From positions 1 to 22,633 of the forward strand of contig JBBQXJ010000077.1 of the NCBI GenBank assembly GCA_038209745.1: DNA of 22,633 nucleotides, given 5' to 3'. The position numbers and the translations under genes were made by a program. Source of the DNA: Verrucomicrobiota bacterium (GTDB taxonomy: Bacteria; Verrucomicrobiota; Verrucomicrobiia; Limisphaerales; CANJSG01). Positions 1 to 8,397 of the stretch are shown piece after piece. Under the pieces are notes generated by a model. It did not search any database, was not told where the DNA came from, and was given only the letters and a program-made list of their open reading frames with translations. The stretch's first letter is position 1. Every line of letters begins with the position of its first letter.

Positions 1-1
1 G

Positions 2-2998
2 GAACTGGTCCGGGGCATTCCGATCACCGCCTATTGCGACCAGGCCAGCCTCAGCACCAAGGAGCGCTTGGACCTCTTCATCAAGGTCTGCCAGGCCATC
101 CAGCACGCCCATCAGAAGGGGATCATCCACCGCGACATCAAACCGTCGAACATCCTCGTCACGCTGCACGACGGCGTGCCGGTGCCGAAGGTCATCGACT
201 TCGGCATCGCCAAGGCCACCGAGGGCCGGCTGACGGACAACACGGTTTACACCCAGCTCCACCAGTTCATCGGCACGCCGGCTTACATGAGTCCGGAGCA
301 GGCGGAGATGAGCGGCCTGGACATCGACACGCGCAGCGACATCTACAGCCTGGGCGTGCTGCTCTACGAATTGTTGGCTGGCAGCACGCCGTTCGACGCG
401 CGCACCCTGATGGCCTCGGGCATTGACGCCATGCGCAGGACCATCCGCGAGGTCGAACCGCCCCGCCCCAGCACCAAGCTGGCGACCCTGCAGGGAGACG
501 ACCTCACCACCGCCGCCAAGCGCCGCTCGGTCGAAAGCTCCAAGCTGGCCAACCAGCTCAAGGGCGACCTCGACTGGATCGTGATGAAGTGTCTGGAGAA
601 GGACCGCTCCCGCCGTTACGACACCGCTAACGGCCTCGCCGCCGATCTCAAGCGCCATCTGGGCAACGAGCCCGTCATGGCCCGACCCCCGAGCGCCGCC
701 TACAAGTTCCAAAAGGCCTTTCGGCGGAACAAGCTGGTCTTCGCGGCGGGCACTGCGGTGGCAGTGGCGCTGCTGCTCGGCATCATCGCCACTTCGTTGC
801 AGTCGGTGCGGGCCACGCGGGCCAAACAAGCTGCCTTGGCGGCAGAATCGAAGGCGGTCGAGGCCCAGGCCAGTGAAGCCAGACTGCGTGAGCAGGCGGA
901 TGCGGCGCGCCGTCAGGCCGAAGCCGCCGAACTCGCCGCCCGGCAGCGCGCCTATGCCTCGGACATGAATGTCGCGAAGCAGGCGCTCGACGGAAACAAT
1001 CTGGGCCGCGCGCTGGATCTGCTCAACCGCCAGCGGCCGCAATCCGGCCAGAAAGATTTGCGCGGCTGGGAGTGGCGTTACCTCTGGCAGCAGACCCGCT
1101 CCGACGCCCTGTCCACCCTTTGCCAAGAGTCCAGCGAGATCAATACACTGGCGGTTTCCCCCGACGGCAACTTGCTGGCCGTGGGAGTCCGTCACCGCCG
1201 GGGTGTGGCGATATGGGATTTGCGGACCCGAAAAGAGCTGGTGCGGTTGGCGGAAAATGAATCCTTCGCCCGCGGCGCCTTCTCTCCCTCGGGCTCGCTG
1301 CTGGCCTTGGTGAGTGAGTCTGTTTCCCCCTCCGGGCTGCCTCAACTGACATTGCGACTTTGGAATGCTGCCACCCGACAGATGGTGGCCGAGATCCCGA
1401 TGGGGAGTGGCAGATCCTTCGGACTGGCGTTCGCCCAAGATGGTCGGACGCTGGTTACTTCCAGCGCTGCCTCCAGTTTGAATTCGAAAGGAGCAGGAGA
1501 CATCACACTCTGGCGCGTGCCGGAGGCGACGAAGCTCGGCAGTTATCCTGTGGAGCAAGCTGGTCTGGATCCAGGGACCAGCTTTGCCGCAAGTCCCGAC
1601 CTGAGCGTCGCCGCTTACGGGATGGAGGGCGGGCGGATTGGGGTCCTTGATTTGCACCATGGCAAGGAACTCTGGACCGCGGTAGCCTCGAAAGAATACA
1701 TCCTCTCCCTGGCGTTTTCCCAGGACGGTAAGACCCTGGCCTCCGGGGCTGGATTCGCCGGGTCAGACATCCGGCTTTGGGAGGTCGCCACCGGCCGACC
1801 CATCGGGAAACTGGAAGGTCACGGTTCCTGGGTAAGTGCCTTGGTGTTCTGGCCGGACGGCAAAAAGCTGGCCTCCAGCAGTGCGGATCAGACGATCCGC
1901 ATTTGGGACCTCGCGAGTCAAAAATGCCTGGACGTCCTGCGCGGTCATCGCCAGGAAGTGTGGCGGCTGGCTTTGTTGCCCGATGAGAGAACGTTGCTGA
2001 GCGGCGCCAAGGACGGCACGGTTTGCTTCTGGGACAGCTCCCGCACCCATCCGCGTCAGGCCCGCATCACCCTGTCGGATAAAATCGTCAACTGGGGCTT
2101 CACTGCGGAGGGTCGATCCATCCTCGCTCTGGATGAGCAAGGCCGGGTGTCACAATGGACCGGTTCGGATTTTCAACGGAAGGAACCGTTGCTGGAAATC
2201 GGCCCCACCGTGCCCGACAAATCCTACCTCTACTGGTTTTCTCCCGACGGACGCTTTCTCTCAACCGGCTCCACCAACGGAGTCCTTCAGATCTGGGATT
2301 TGTCACGCCGAATCCTGGTACGTCAGTGGACCAACACGTCAGGCGAGGTGCAGGGAATGAACCTTCTCCCGGCCCGGAACAAATTCGTCAGCCTGTCCTT
2401 GAGCGACAATGTTCTTCACGAATGGGATCTCACTTCCGGCTTGGAAACACAGTCGTGGCCGGGACCGGCGTCCTTTTACGGCTGGACCAGTCTTTTACCG
2501 GACGAACGGTCATCCATGACCATCGGTTATGGAGGAGACATCGTTTTCAGAAACCTCGCGGAAAAGAAAAATCTGCGGGTGGAACTGGACGTTCTGGAAG
2601 CGACCGGCACCACTTACTCACCGGATGGCAAGCTCTTCGCCGCCGCCAGCGATCTCGGTCATGCCAAGGTCTGGGATACCACCACCTGGCGGCTGGTGGC
2701 GACCCTGGGCGGCGTTCTCAATGGCATGCACACGGTGGCCTTCGCCCCGGACGCCCAGCGGCTCGTCATCGCCAGCGATGGGAACGAAGCCGTTAAACTG
2801 TGGGCCACGGAGAGCTGGCAGGACGTGTTCACGCTGGAAGGTGATGGCACCGGGTTCAAGGGCGCGGTGTTTTCCCCGGATGGCAATACCCTCGCTTGGG
2901 GAAACCAGACCGGAAGTCTCCACCTCTGGCGCGCGCCGACATGGGAAGAAATCAATGCGGCGGAGGCGAAGGAGAAAGCGGAGACCAACCAGCCATAA
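2..2998 (+). CDS. Ser/Thr protein kinase with transmembrane helix and C-terminal WD40 beta-propeller repeats (5'-partial)
   Basis: Frame is open from base 2 (ELVRGIPITAYCD...), so the true start is upstream of the window. Hanks kinase motifs HRDIKPSN, DFG, GTPAYMSPEQ, SDIYSLG. Hydrophobic helix LVFAAGTAVAVALLLGIIA, then an Ala-rich coiled coil and many WD40 repeats (e.g. LEGHGSWVSALVFWPDGKKLASSSADQTIRIWD). TAA stop at 2996-2998. Confidence 0.95.
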   Translation, partial: ELVRGIPITAYCDQASLSTKERLDLFIKVCQAIQHAHQKGIIHRDIKPSNILVTLHDGVPVPKVIDFGIAKATEGRLTDNTVYTQLHQFIGTPAYMSPEQAEMSGLDIDTRSDIYSLGVLLYELLAGSTPFDARTLMASGIDAMRRTIREVEPPRPSTKLATLQGDDLTTAAKRRSVESSKLANQLKGDLDWIVMKCLEKDRSRRYDTANGLAADLKRHLGNEPVMARPPSAAYKFQKAFRRNKLVFAAGTAVAVALLLGIIATSLQSVRATRAKQAALAAESKAVEAQASEARLREQADAARRQAEAAELAARQRAYASDMNVAKQALDGNNLGRALDLLNRQRPQSGQKDLRGWEWRYLWQQTRSDALSTLCQESSEINTLAVSPDGNLLAVGVRHRRGVAIWDLRTRKELVRLAENESFARGAFSPSGSLLALVSESVSPSGLPQLTLRLWNAATRQMVAEIPMGSGRSFGLAFAQDGRTLVTSSAASSLNSKGAGDITLWRVPEATKLGSYPVEQAGLDPGTSFAASPDLSVAAYGMEGGRIGVLDLHHGKELWTAVASKEYILSLAFSQDGKTLASGAGFAGSDIRLWEVATGRPIGKLEGHGSWVSALVFWPDGKKLASSSADQTIRIWDLASQKCLDVLRGHRQEVWRLALLPDERTLLSGAKDGTVCFWDSSRTHPRQARITLSDKIVNWGFTAEGRSILALDEQGRVSQWTGSDFQRKEPLLEIGPTVPDKSYLYWFSPDGRFLSTGSTNGVLQIWDLSRRILVRQWTNTSGEVQGMNLLPARNKFVSLSLSDNVLHEWDLTSGLETQSWPGPASFYGWTSLLPDERSSMTIGYGGDIVFRNLAEKKNLRVELDVLEATGTTYSPDGKLFAAASDLGHAKVWDTTTWRLVATLGGVLNGMHTVAFAPDAQRLVIASDGNEAVKLWATESWQDVFTLEGDGTGFKGAVFSPDGNTLAWGNQTGSLHLWRAPTWEEINAAEAKEKAETNQP

Positions 2999-3052
2999 AC
3001 CCGAATCGCGCTAAATTTTGATCACAAGCAACCACCAGCACCAAGCCAGACC

Positions 3053-4525
3053 ATGAAACAACTCATCCTCCTGCTCCTTGCCACCGGCGCACTGTCCGCA
3101 GCGCCGGCGAACTGGCCGCAGTTTCGCGGCCCCAATGCCGCGGGCGTCGCCGAGGACGCCCGTCCGCCCGTCCATTTCGGACCCGAGACCAACCTGCTTT
3201 GGAAAACCGAAGTGCCGCCGGGTGTTTCCGCTCCCATTGTCTGGGGCGACCGGATCTTCCTGACGGGCTTCGTCAGCCATCAACTGGTCACCCTGGCCTA
3301 TGACGCGGGGACCGGTCGCGAACTGTGGCGGAAGATCGCACCCGCAGAGAAGATCGAGGAGAGCCACCAGTTCAGTTCGCCGGCGGCACCGACTCCCTGC
3401 ACCGATGGTGAGCGGGTTTACGCCTACTTCGGTTCCTTCGGTCTGATCGCCTACGACTTCGCGGGAACGGAAGTCTGGCGGCACGCGTTGGAACGTCTGC
3501 CGTCCGAATACGGCACCGCCACGTCGCCGATTCTTGCGGGCGGCCAGCTTATCCTCCAACACGACGGCCAAAGCACCAATGCGGCGCTGATCGCGCTCTC
3601 GCCCGCCACCGGCAGGACGGTGTGGGAGTCGTCGCGTCCACTGGCCGGTTCCTCCTACTCGACGCCGATGGTGTGGCGGCACGATGGCATTGAGGAACTC
3701 ATGGTCCAAGGCAAGGGCCGGGTCGCCGCCTACAGCCTGAAGGGCGGCCCGCCGAAGTGGTGGGTCCGCGGATGGGGCTTCTCGGCGGTCACGACACCCG
3801 TCGCCGGCGATGGGTTGCTGTTCGCCGGGGGCAGCGGCATGGGCGATCCCTCCGGGCCGGCCGACCCGATGTTCGACTGGAAAAAACTTCTGGCCGACTA
3901 TGACGCGAACAAAGACGGACAGCTCTCCCTTGAGGAAGTGCCCGAAACGTTGATCTGGCAGATTCGCAAGGAAGTATCCAAGGACGTCCCGGGCAACCTG
4001 TTTCCGATGCGAGATCTGTTGCGCAACTTTACCGATGCCAACAAGGACGGCATCATTACCAAGGCGGAATGGGACGCCGACGAGGCTTACGCCAAGGATA
4101 AGTTCAACGCCGACCGCTTTGTCGGCATCCGGCCGGGTGGCCGGGATGACAGCACGGACACCCACGTGAAATGGGAGACACCCAAGGGGCTTTCGGAATT
4201 GCCGTCACCCTTGTTCTACCTCGGCCGCATCGCTTTCGTGCGGGACGGCGGGATGTGGACGGTGATCGAACCGAAGAGTGGCAAACGCCTGCTCGACCGG
4301 GAGCGCCTGGGGCAGGGTGGTCAATACGTCGCTTCCCCGATTGCCGCGAACGGTTTTGTTTACACCGTGAACGCTTCGGGAACCTTTGCTGTGCTCCGTG
4401 CCGGCCAAACGCTCGACGTGGCTGCAGTCAACAAGCTGGGGGAGAATGTTCGCTGCACCCCGGCCATCGCCGGCAACCATCTTTACGTCCGCAGCGACGA
4501 CCACCTCTGGGCATTCGGTGAATGA
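3053..4525 (+). CDS. Secreted PQQ-binding-like (BamB-like) beta-propeller repeat protein with EF-hand insertion
   Basis: Signal peptide MKQLILLLLATGALSA; family motif NWPQFRGP; blade motifs (SAPIVWGDRIFLT, AYDAGTGRELW, ASPIAANGFVY, TPAIAGNHLYVRS); two EF-hand loops DANKDGQLSLEE and DANKDGIITKAE. Confidence 0.92.
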   Translation: MKQLILLLLATGALSAAPANWPQFRGPNAAGVAEDARPPVHFGPETNLLWKTEVPPGVSAPIVWGDRIFLTGFVSHQLVTLAYDAGTGRELWRKIAPAEKIEESHQFSSPAAPTPCTDGERVYAYFGSFGLIAYDFAGTEVWRHALERLPSEYGTATSPILAGGQLILQHDGQSTNAALIALSPATGRTVWESSRPLAGSSYSTPMVWRHDGIEELMVQGKGRVAAYSLKGGPPKWWVRGWGFSAVTTPVAGDGLLFAGGSGMGDPSGPADPMFDWKKLLADYDANKDGQLSLEEVPETLIWQIRKEVSKDVPGNLFPMRDLLRNFTDANKDGIITKAEWDADEAYAKDKFNADRFVGIRPGGRDDSTDTHVKWETPKGLSELPSPLFYLGRIAFVRDGGMWTVIEPKSGKRLLDRERLGQGGQYVASPIAANGFVYTVNASGTFAVLRAGQTLDVAAVNKLGENVRCTPAIAGNHLYVRSDDHLWAFGE

Positions 4526-4617
4526 GACCGGACACCAATCATCCATGAACCAGAAACGGGCTAAAATCTGGCCACAAAACATCGCCGACCAATAGTCAGA
4601 GACACGGAGCGGCCCCT

Positions 4618-4819
4618 CACCGGCGCACTGTCCACCGCCACGCAGCAAGGGTTTCAGTTTCGCAGGCCGAACGGTTCGGAGTGGTGAAGGGACGACAAGC
4701 CGGCTCCGGTCATTTTCAGCACCGACAAGAACCGGGTCTGAACAACGTCGTCGCCGCCGAGGAAGATGGTGGATTTCAAGGCCGGCGACACCCTGGAGGT
4801 GCTGGCCGTGAACGATCTG
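4618..4819 (+). pseudogene. Remnant of a paralogous PQQ-like propeller gene (N-terminal and C-terminal pieces joined by an internal deletion)
   Basis: 4618-4633 is identical to 3082-3097 (caccggcgcactgtcc). One frame reads TGALSTATQQGFQFRRPNGSEW*RDDKPAPVIFSTDKNRV*TTSSPPR, matching the upstream gene's N-terminus, then KMVDFKAGDTLEVLAVNDL, matching its C-terminal AGQTLDVAAVNKL. Confidence 0.8.
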
Positions 4820-4842
4820 AGCCGGAACGAGGCAGAAGGAGC

Positions 4843-4859
4843 GCGGAGCCTCGCTCCGC
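4843..4859 (-). terminator. Possible terminator hairpin downstream of the EamA gene
   Basis: Perfect 7-bp inverted repeat GCGGAGC-ctc-GCTCCGC about 10 bp after the EamA stop; only a weak pyrimidine tract follows. Confidence 0.35.
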
Positions 4860-4868
4860 ATGGGCTTG

Positions 4869-5288
4869 TTACTTGAAGGCGAGCAGAAGGACACCGACTA
4901 CGATCAGCGTGATCCCGCCGACCTCGCGCCCATTGAGCCGTTCGCCGAGAAAGATCACCGCGAGCCCAACGGCGATGACGACGCTGAGCTTGTCCACGGG
5001 GGCCACCTGGGACGCCTTCCCCAACTGGAGCGCCCGAAAATAGCAGATCCATGAAAGGCCCGTGGCCAGAGCGGAGAGGACGAGAAAGAGCCAGGTCCGA
5101 CGGCTGACTTCGGACAGACTGGTGGTTCTCAATGCCGGGATGGCCAAGAGCCAGGTGAAGACCAGGACCACCGTCGTGCGGATGGCCGTCGCCAGGTTGG
5201 AATTCACCCCCTCGACACCGACCTTGGCGAGGATGGCGGTCAGGCCGGCGAAGACCGCCGAAAGCAAGGCCCAGAGAAACCAGTTCAT
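4869..5288 (-). CDS. Small EamA/DMT-superfamily transporter (single EamA domain, 139 aa)
   Basis: Start placed at MNWFLWALLSAVFAGLTAILAKVG (ATG 5288). About five hydrophobic helices; family motifs NSNLATAIRT, ATGLSWICYFRALQLG, VAPVDKLSVV, FLGE. Confidence 0.9.
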   Translation of the reverse strand: MNWFLWALLSAVFAGLTAILAKVGVEGVNSNLATAIRTTVVLVFTWLLAIPALRTTSLSEVSRRTWLFLVLSALATGLSWICYFRALQLGKASQVAPVDKLSVVIAVGLAVIFLGERLNGREVGGITLIVVGVLLLAFK

Positions 5289-5444
5289 GATGGCGGGAGC
5301 GCGGTTGAATTCCGAGTGGCCCCGCCGCGCGGACACCACTCCGGGAGGACCTGTCGGCGGGTCGAAGCGTGCTTCCGATCCACCCATGATCCGGAGAGCC
5401 CCGAGCTGCGCTTCGAGGCGTGCTCCGCTTCGCAGGCCGCGAAC

Positions 5445-7163
5445 CTATTCCTTCTGCACGCCGCTGTTCCAGTAGCGGTGCATCTCGTCCTGGGTAGGCA
5501 CTTTCAGCGGACGGACGATGCGGAAGCCGAGGAACTGGGCGTCGGTCAGATACCAGATGCTCTTGGGCAACTGAGGATCCTGCTGCTTCCAGTTCTTGTC
5601 GGAATGTTTCCGCGCGGCGCTGCGCAGCGCGGTGATGGGATCATCCCAGGACCCGCCACGGACGCTGTGAGGATAGGGAGTCGTCGAAAGGACGTAGGGA
5701 TTCTCGCCGGTGACGGCTTTCAGCGTGTCATAGGTCGGCGAGTATTGGTCGAGAACCCATTCGGCCACGTTACCGTGCATGTCGTAGAGGCCCCAGGGAT
5801 TGGGCAGTTTCTTCCCGACTTTCTGATACTTGTAGTCGCTGTCCTTTTCGAACCACGCGTAGTCCTTGGCCTTGGCCGGATCGTCGCCCCACGAGTAGGC
5901 GGTGGTGGTACCGGCGCGGCAGGCGTATTCCCATTCGGCCTCGGTCGGCAAGCGGTAGAACTGGCCGGTCTTGGCGCTGAGCCATTGGCAATACTTCCGC
6001 GCGGCATGTTGCGTCATGCTGATCGCGGGGTAGCCGTCCTTGCCCATGCCGAAGCTCATTTCGACGTAGGGCTTGGTGGGTCGGGAGACGGCGTCGGACA
6101 CCTTGTCGATGTAGGCCTCGGTCTTGAGGGTGTCGCGATACTTCCTCTCCTCCTCGGGATACATGAAGGCCTCGAACTCGTTCCAGGTGATCTCGCACTG
6201 TTCCATCCAGAACGGGTCGATCTTCACATTGATCCGGGGATTCTCATCGTCCCCACGGCCGGGCTCGGTCGCGGGGCTTCCCATCAGCACTTCGCCGCCA
6301 CGGATCGGCACCATCACGTATTTCACGACGGTTCCGGGAATGGTGTTGGTGTAGGATCCCATCTCGGCCTCAGTGGCGGGCCCCGGCTTGGAAGCGACCA
6401 GGCGATAGATCTCGGCGGTCTTGGCATTCTCGTCGCTGGTGGCCTCGGAGGCTTTGCGCGGCAGCAGCGGCTCGATCTCGGGCCAGACGGCGCCCTGATC
6501 GATCCACAGCTTCAAAGTCTCGATCTCGTCGGTGCTGATCGGCCCGCCCTTCTTGGCCGGCGGCATGAGATTTTCGTCGTCCTCCAGAAGCGTCGTCGAG
6601 GTGTAGACGAGGCTTTTCTTCGAGTCGAACGGCACGATGGCATCCTCGTGGGACATCGCCTCGGACTTCACGTCGAGCCGTAGTTTGCCCTCCACTTTGG
6701 CTTCGCGATGGCAGGCCACGCAGCGGATCTCGAGGATGGGCTGCACGTCTTTGACGAAGTCGATGCGCCGCACGGCCGCGAGGGTCGCACCCTCTGGCAT
6801 CTTCGCCCCCGCGACGATCCAGTTTTTGAGCGCGTCGGCCTGCTCCTTGGAGAGCGGTTCGCCCTTCGGCGGCATGATGTCGTCGTGGCCTTTGGGCAGC
6901 TGGGTCAGCGTATAGAGCGGGCTCTTGGCCGGATCACCCGGAACGACCGCCGTGCCGTTTTCCCCGCCTTTCAGGATCGCGGCCATGGTATCCAGCTTGA
7001 GCTTGCCCTTGTCGTGCTCGCCGCCGTGGCAGCTGATGCAGGAGGACTCCAGCACCGCCTTGGCGTGCGGGAAAGGGTCTGCGGTCGGTTCGGCCGCGAA
7101 CGTCCGACCACCCGAGAGGAGGAGGACCGAAGCGGAAAGAACGGCTAGGGAATGTTTCACCAT
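5445..7163 (-). CDS. Secreted diheme planctomycete-type cytochrome c fused to an FGE-sulfatase (SUMF1-like) domain
   Basis: Signal peptide MVKHSLAVLSASVLLLSGGRTFA from ATG 7163. Two CxxCH motifs (CISCH, CVACH), each followed by KLxLD and an MPP axial-Met motif. FGE-fold motifs RLPTEAEWEYACRAG, PNPWGLYDMHGNVAEW, RGGSW, GFRIV. Confidence 0.9.
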   Translation of the reverse strand: MVKHSLAVLSASVLLLSGGRTFAAEPTADPFPHAKAVLESSCISCHGGEHDKGKLKLDTMAAILKGGENGTAVVPGDPAKSPLYTLTQLPKGHDDIMPPKGEPLSKEQADALKNWIVAGAKMPEGATLAAVRRIDFVKDVQPILEIRCVACHREAKVEGKLRLDVKSEAMSHEDAIVPFDSKKSLVYTSTTLLEDDENLMPPAKKGGPISTDEIETLKLWIDQGAVWPEIEPLLPRKASEATSDENAKTAEIYRLVASKPGPATEAEMGSYTNTIPGTVVKYVMVPIRGGEVLMGSPATEPGRGDDENPRINVKIDPFWMEQCEITWNEFEAFMYPEEERKYRDTLKTEAYIDKVSDAVSRPTKPYVEMSFGMGKDGYPAISMTQHAARKYCQWLSAKTGQFYRLPTEAEWEYACRAGTTTAYSWGDDPAKAKDYAWFEKDSDYKYQKVGKKLPNPWGLYDMHGNVAEWVLDQYSPTYDTLKAVTGENPYVLSTTPYPHSVRGGSWDDPITALRSAARKHSDKNWKQQDPQLPKSIWYLTDAQFLGFRIVRPLKVPTQDEMHRYWNSGVQKE

Positions 7164-7341
7164 ACGATTGATACCCACGACAGAACCGAATCCGGAATCC
7201 GGAATCAATCCCCTTACTTGGGGAGGTCCAATTATCGACTCCGTCGGTCTGTCAAAATTCACCGCGATCCAGCCTCGGGCCGAACGTTGGTTCCGATCGG
7301 CCGACCTTGCCGAACGGACCCGATGGGCCTTCAATCCGCCC

Positions 7342-7683
7342 ATGGCCCTTTACGAGATTTCCCAACTGGACGACCTCGAACCGAACCGCTGTCCCTGCGG
7401 ATTCAGCCGTCGAGCCTTCGTCCATCCGGACAATCAGGTCGCCACCATCCATCTGGTGGACATCCAGGAAGATTCCGCCACGCACTATCACAAGCGGCTC
7501 ACGGAGATCTATCTGGTGCTGGAGGGCGAGGGATTCATGGAGCTCGACGGACAAACGTTTCCGGTGAAACCGATGACCTCGATCCTGATCAAGCCCGGCT
7601 GCCGCCATCGCGCGATCGGGAAACTGAAGATCGTGAACATCCCCGTACCGGCTTTCGATCCGACGGACGAGTGGTTCGACTAA
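7342..7683 (+). CDS. Cupin domain protein (113 aa)
   Basis: ATG 7342 (MALYEISQLDD...). Cupin motif 1 HYHKRLTEIYLVLEGEG and motif 2 ILIKPGCRH; N-terminal CPCG. Confidence 0.88.
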   Translation: MALYEISQLDDLEPNRCPCGFSRRAFVHPDNQVATIHLVDIQEDSATHYHKRLTEIYLVLEGEGFMELDGQTFPVKPMTSILIKPGCRHRAIGKLKIVNIPVPAFDPTDEWFD

Positions 7684-7718
7684 CCCCGCGCTCTCCCGGC
7701 AATCGCCGCCAGCCTCGA

Positions 7719-8216
7719 TCAGCCCAGCTCTGCCCGCAGCGGCTGCAGGTCCGGATCGTCCGACCCCATTTCGCGAAGCTGATCTTTTCCGAGAATCTTC
7801 CGGGCCCGCCGGATCCAGACTCGGGCGTCGTCGAGTTCGCCCAGCCGGCAAGAATAGCAGGCCAGATTGTAGGGGATCACCCCCGTCTTCGGGAACTTCT
7901 CCTGCACAGAAACGAGAGCGTCGAACGCCTCCCGGGTTCGCTTCAGTTCATGCAGCGCGAAGGACAGGTTGATCCACGAATCCGGCTGTTCCGGGTCCAC
8001 GGCGAGCTGCGCGCGGGCCACGGTCAGCGCCCCCTCCCAGTCCTGCTTCATCGCATGGAGGCGCCACCTCAGATTCAGGACATCGGGATGCCCCAGCAGC
8101 GAAATGCTCAACCGCGACAATTCGATCAACGCCTCCACCGGCAGGCCAAGTTCGGCCCACCCGACAGCGGCGTTCAATATGTGTGAATCGGGCGGTTCGA
8201 TCGCATTCTGCGACAT
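7719..8216 (-). CDS. Tetratricopeptide repeat protein (165 aa)
   Basis: Start at MSQNAIEPPDSHILNAAVGWAELG. TPR-like helices (SWINLSFALHELKRTREAF; IPYNLACYSCRLGELDDA) and C-terminal DPDLQPL. Exact start uncertain. Confidence 0.85.
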   Translation of the reverse strand: MSQNAIEPPDSHILNAAVGWAELGLPVEALIELSRLSISLLGHPDVLNLRWRLHAMKQDWEGALTVARAQLAVDPEQPDSWINLSFALHELKRTREAFDALVSVQEKFPKTGVIPYNLACYSCRLGELDDARVWIRRARKILGKDQLREMGSDDPDLQPLRAELG

Positions 8217-8397
8217 GGCCAAGATGTAGGTCCGCGCCGTCCGGGATGCAAAGGGGAATTCGGAGGGACGCCAGTCGAGCAGGCATGTCTCGTCGCTGCT
8301 TCGTCCGCCTGTCAGATGAAGACCCATCACCCTCGTGGTGACGGTCGCCGGGTTTCGGCCGCCACACCATTGAGACGCGCTTCCCGCCCGGATCCGC

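Noticed and set aside
3902..4069. Lanmodulin-like lanthanide-binding EF-hands
   Set aside because: The loops have Ala at position 2 instead of the lanmodulin Pro; they fit ordinary Ca2+ loops.
5289..5444. Guanidine-II-like riboswitch upstream of the DMT transporter (12-nt near-direct repeats at 5362-5373 and 5413-5424)
   Set aside because: The possible loops are CACG rather than ACGR, one stem is poor, and the repeats are 51 bp apart, unlike the closely spaced twin hairpins. An Rfam scan would settle it.
7188..7224. (GAATCCG)x2.7 repeat and TCCCC/GGGGA inverted repeat upstream of the cytochrome gene
   Set aside because: Too short to separate from chance; no spacers or other copies seen, so not CRISPR or REP.
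6925..7343. Long N-terminal extensions from the ORF track for the cupin (6925) and cytochrome (7343), likewise tdh (9033), nadD (14560) and radC (15296)
   Set aside because: They overlap divergent genes or promoters; family-typical N-termini begin at the downstream ATGs used in the features.
8217..8397. Structured RNA or ribozyme between the XRE and TPR genes (hairpin near 8322-8346)
   Set aside because: Only a GC-rich hairpin; no hammerhead core or riboswitch consensus recognised.
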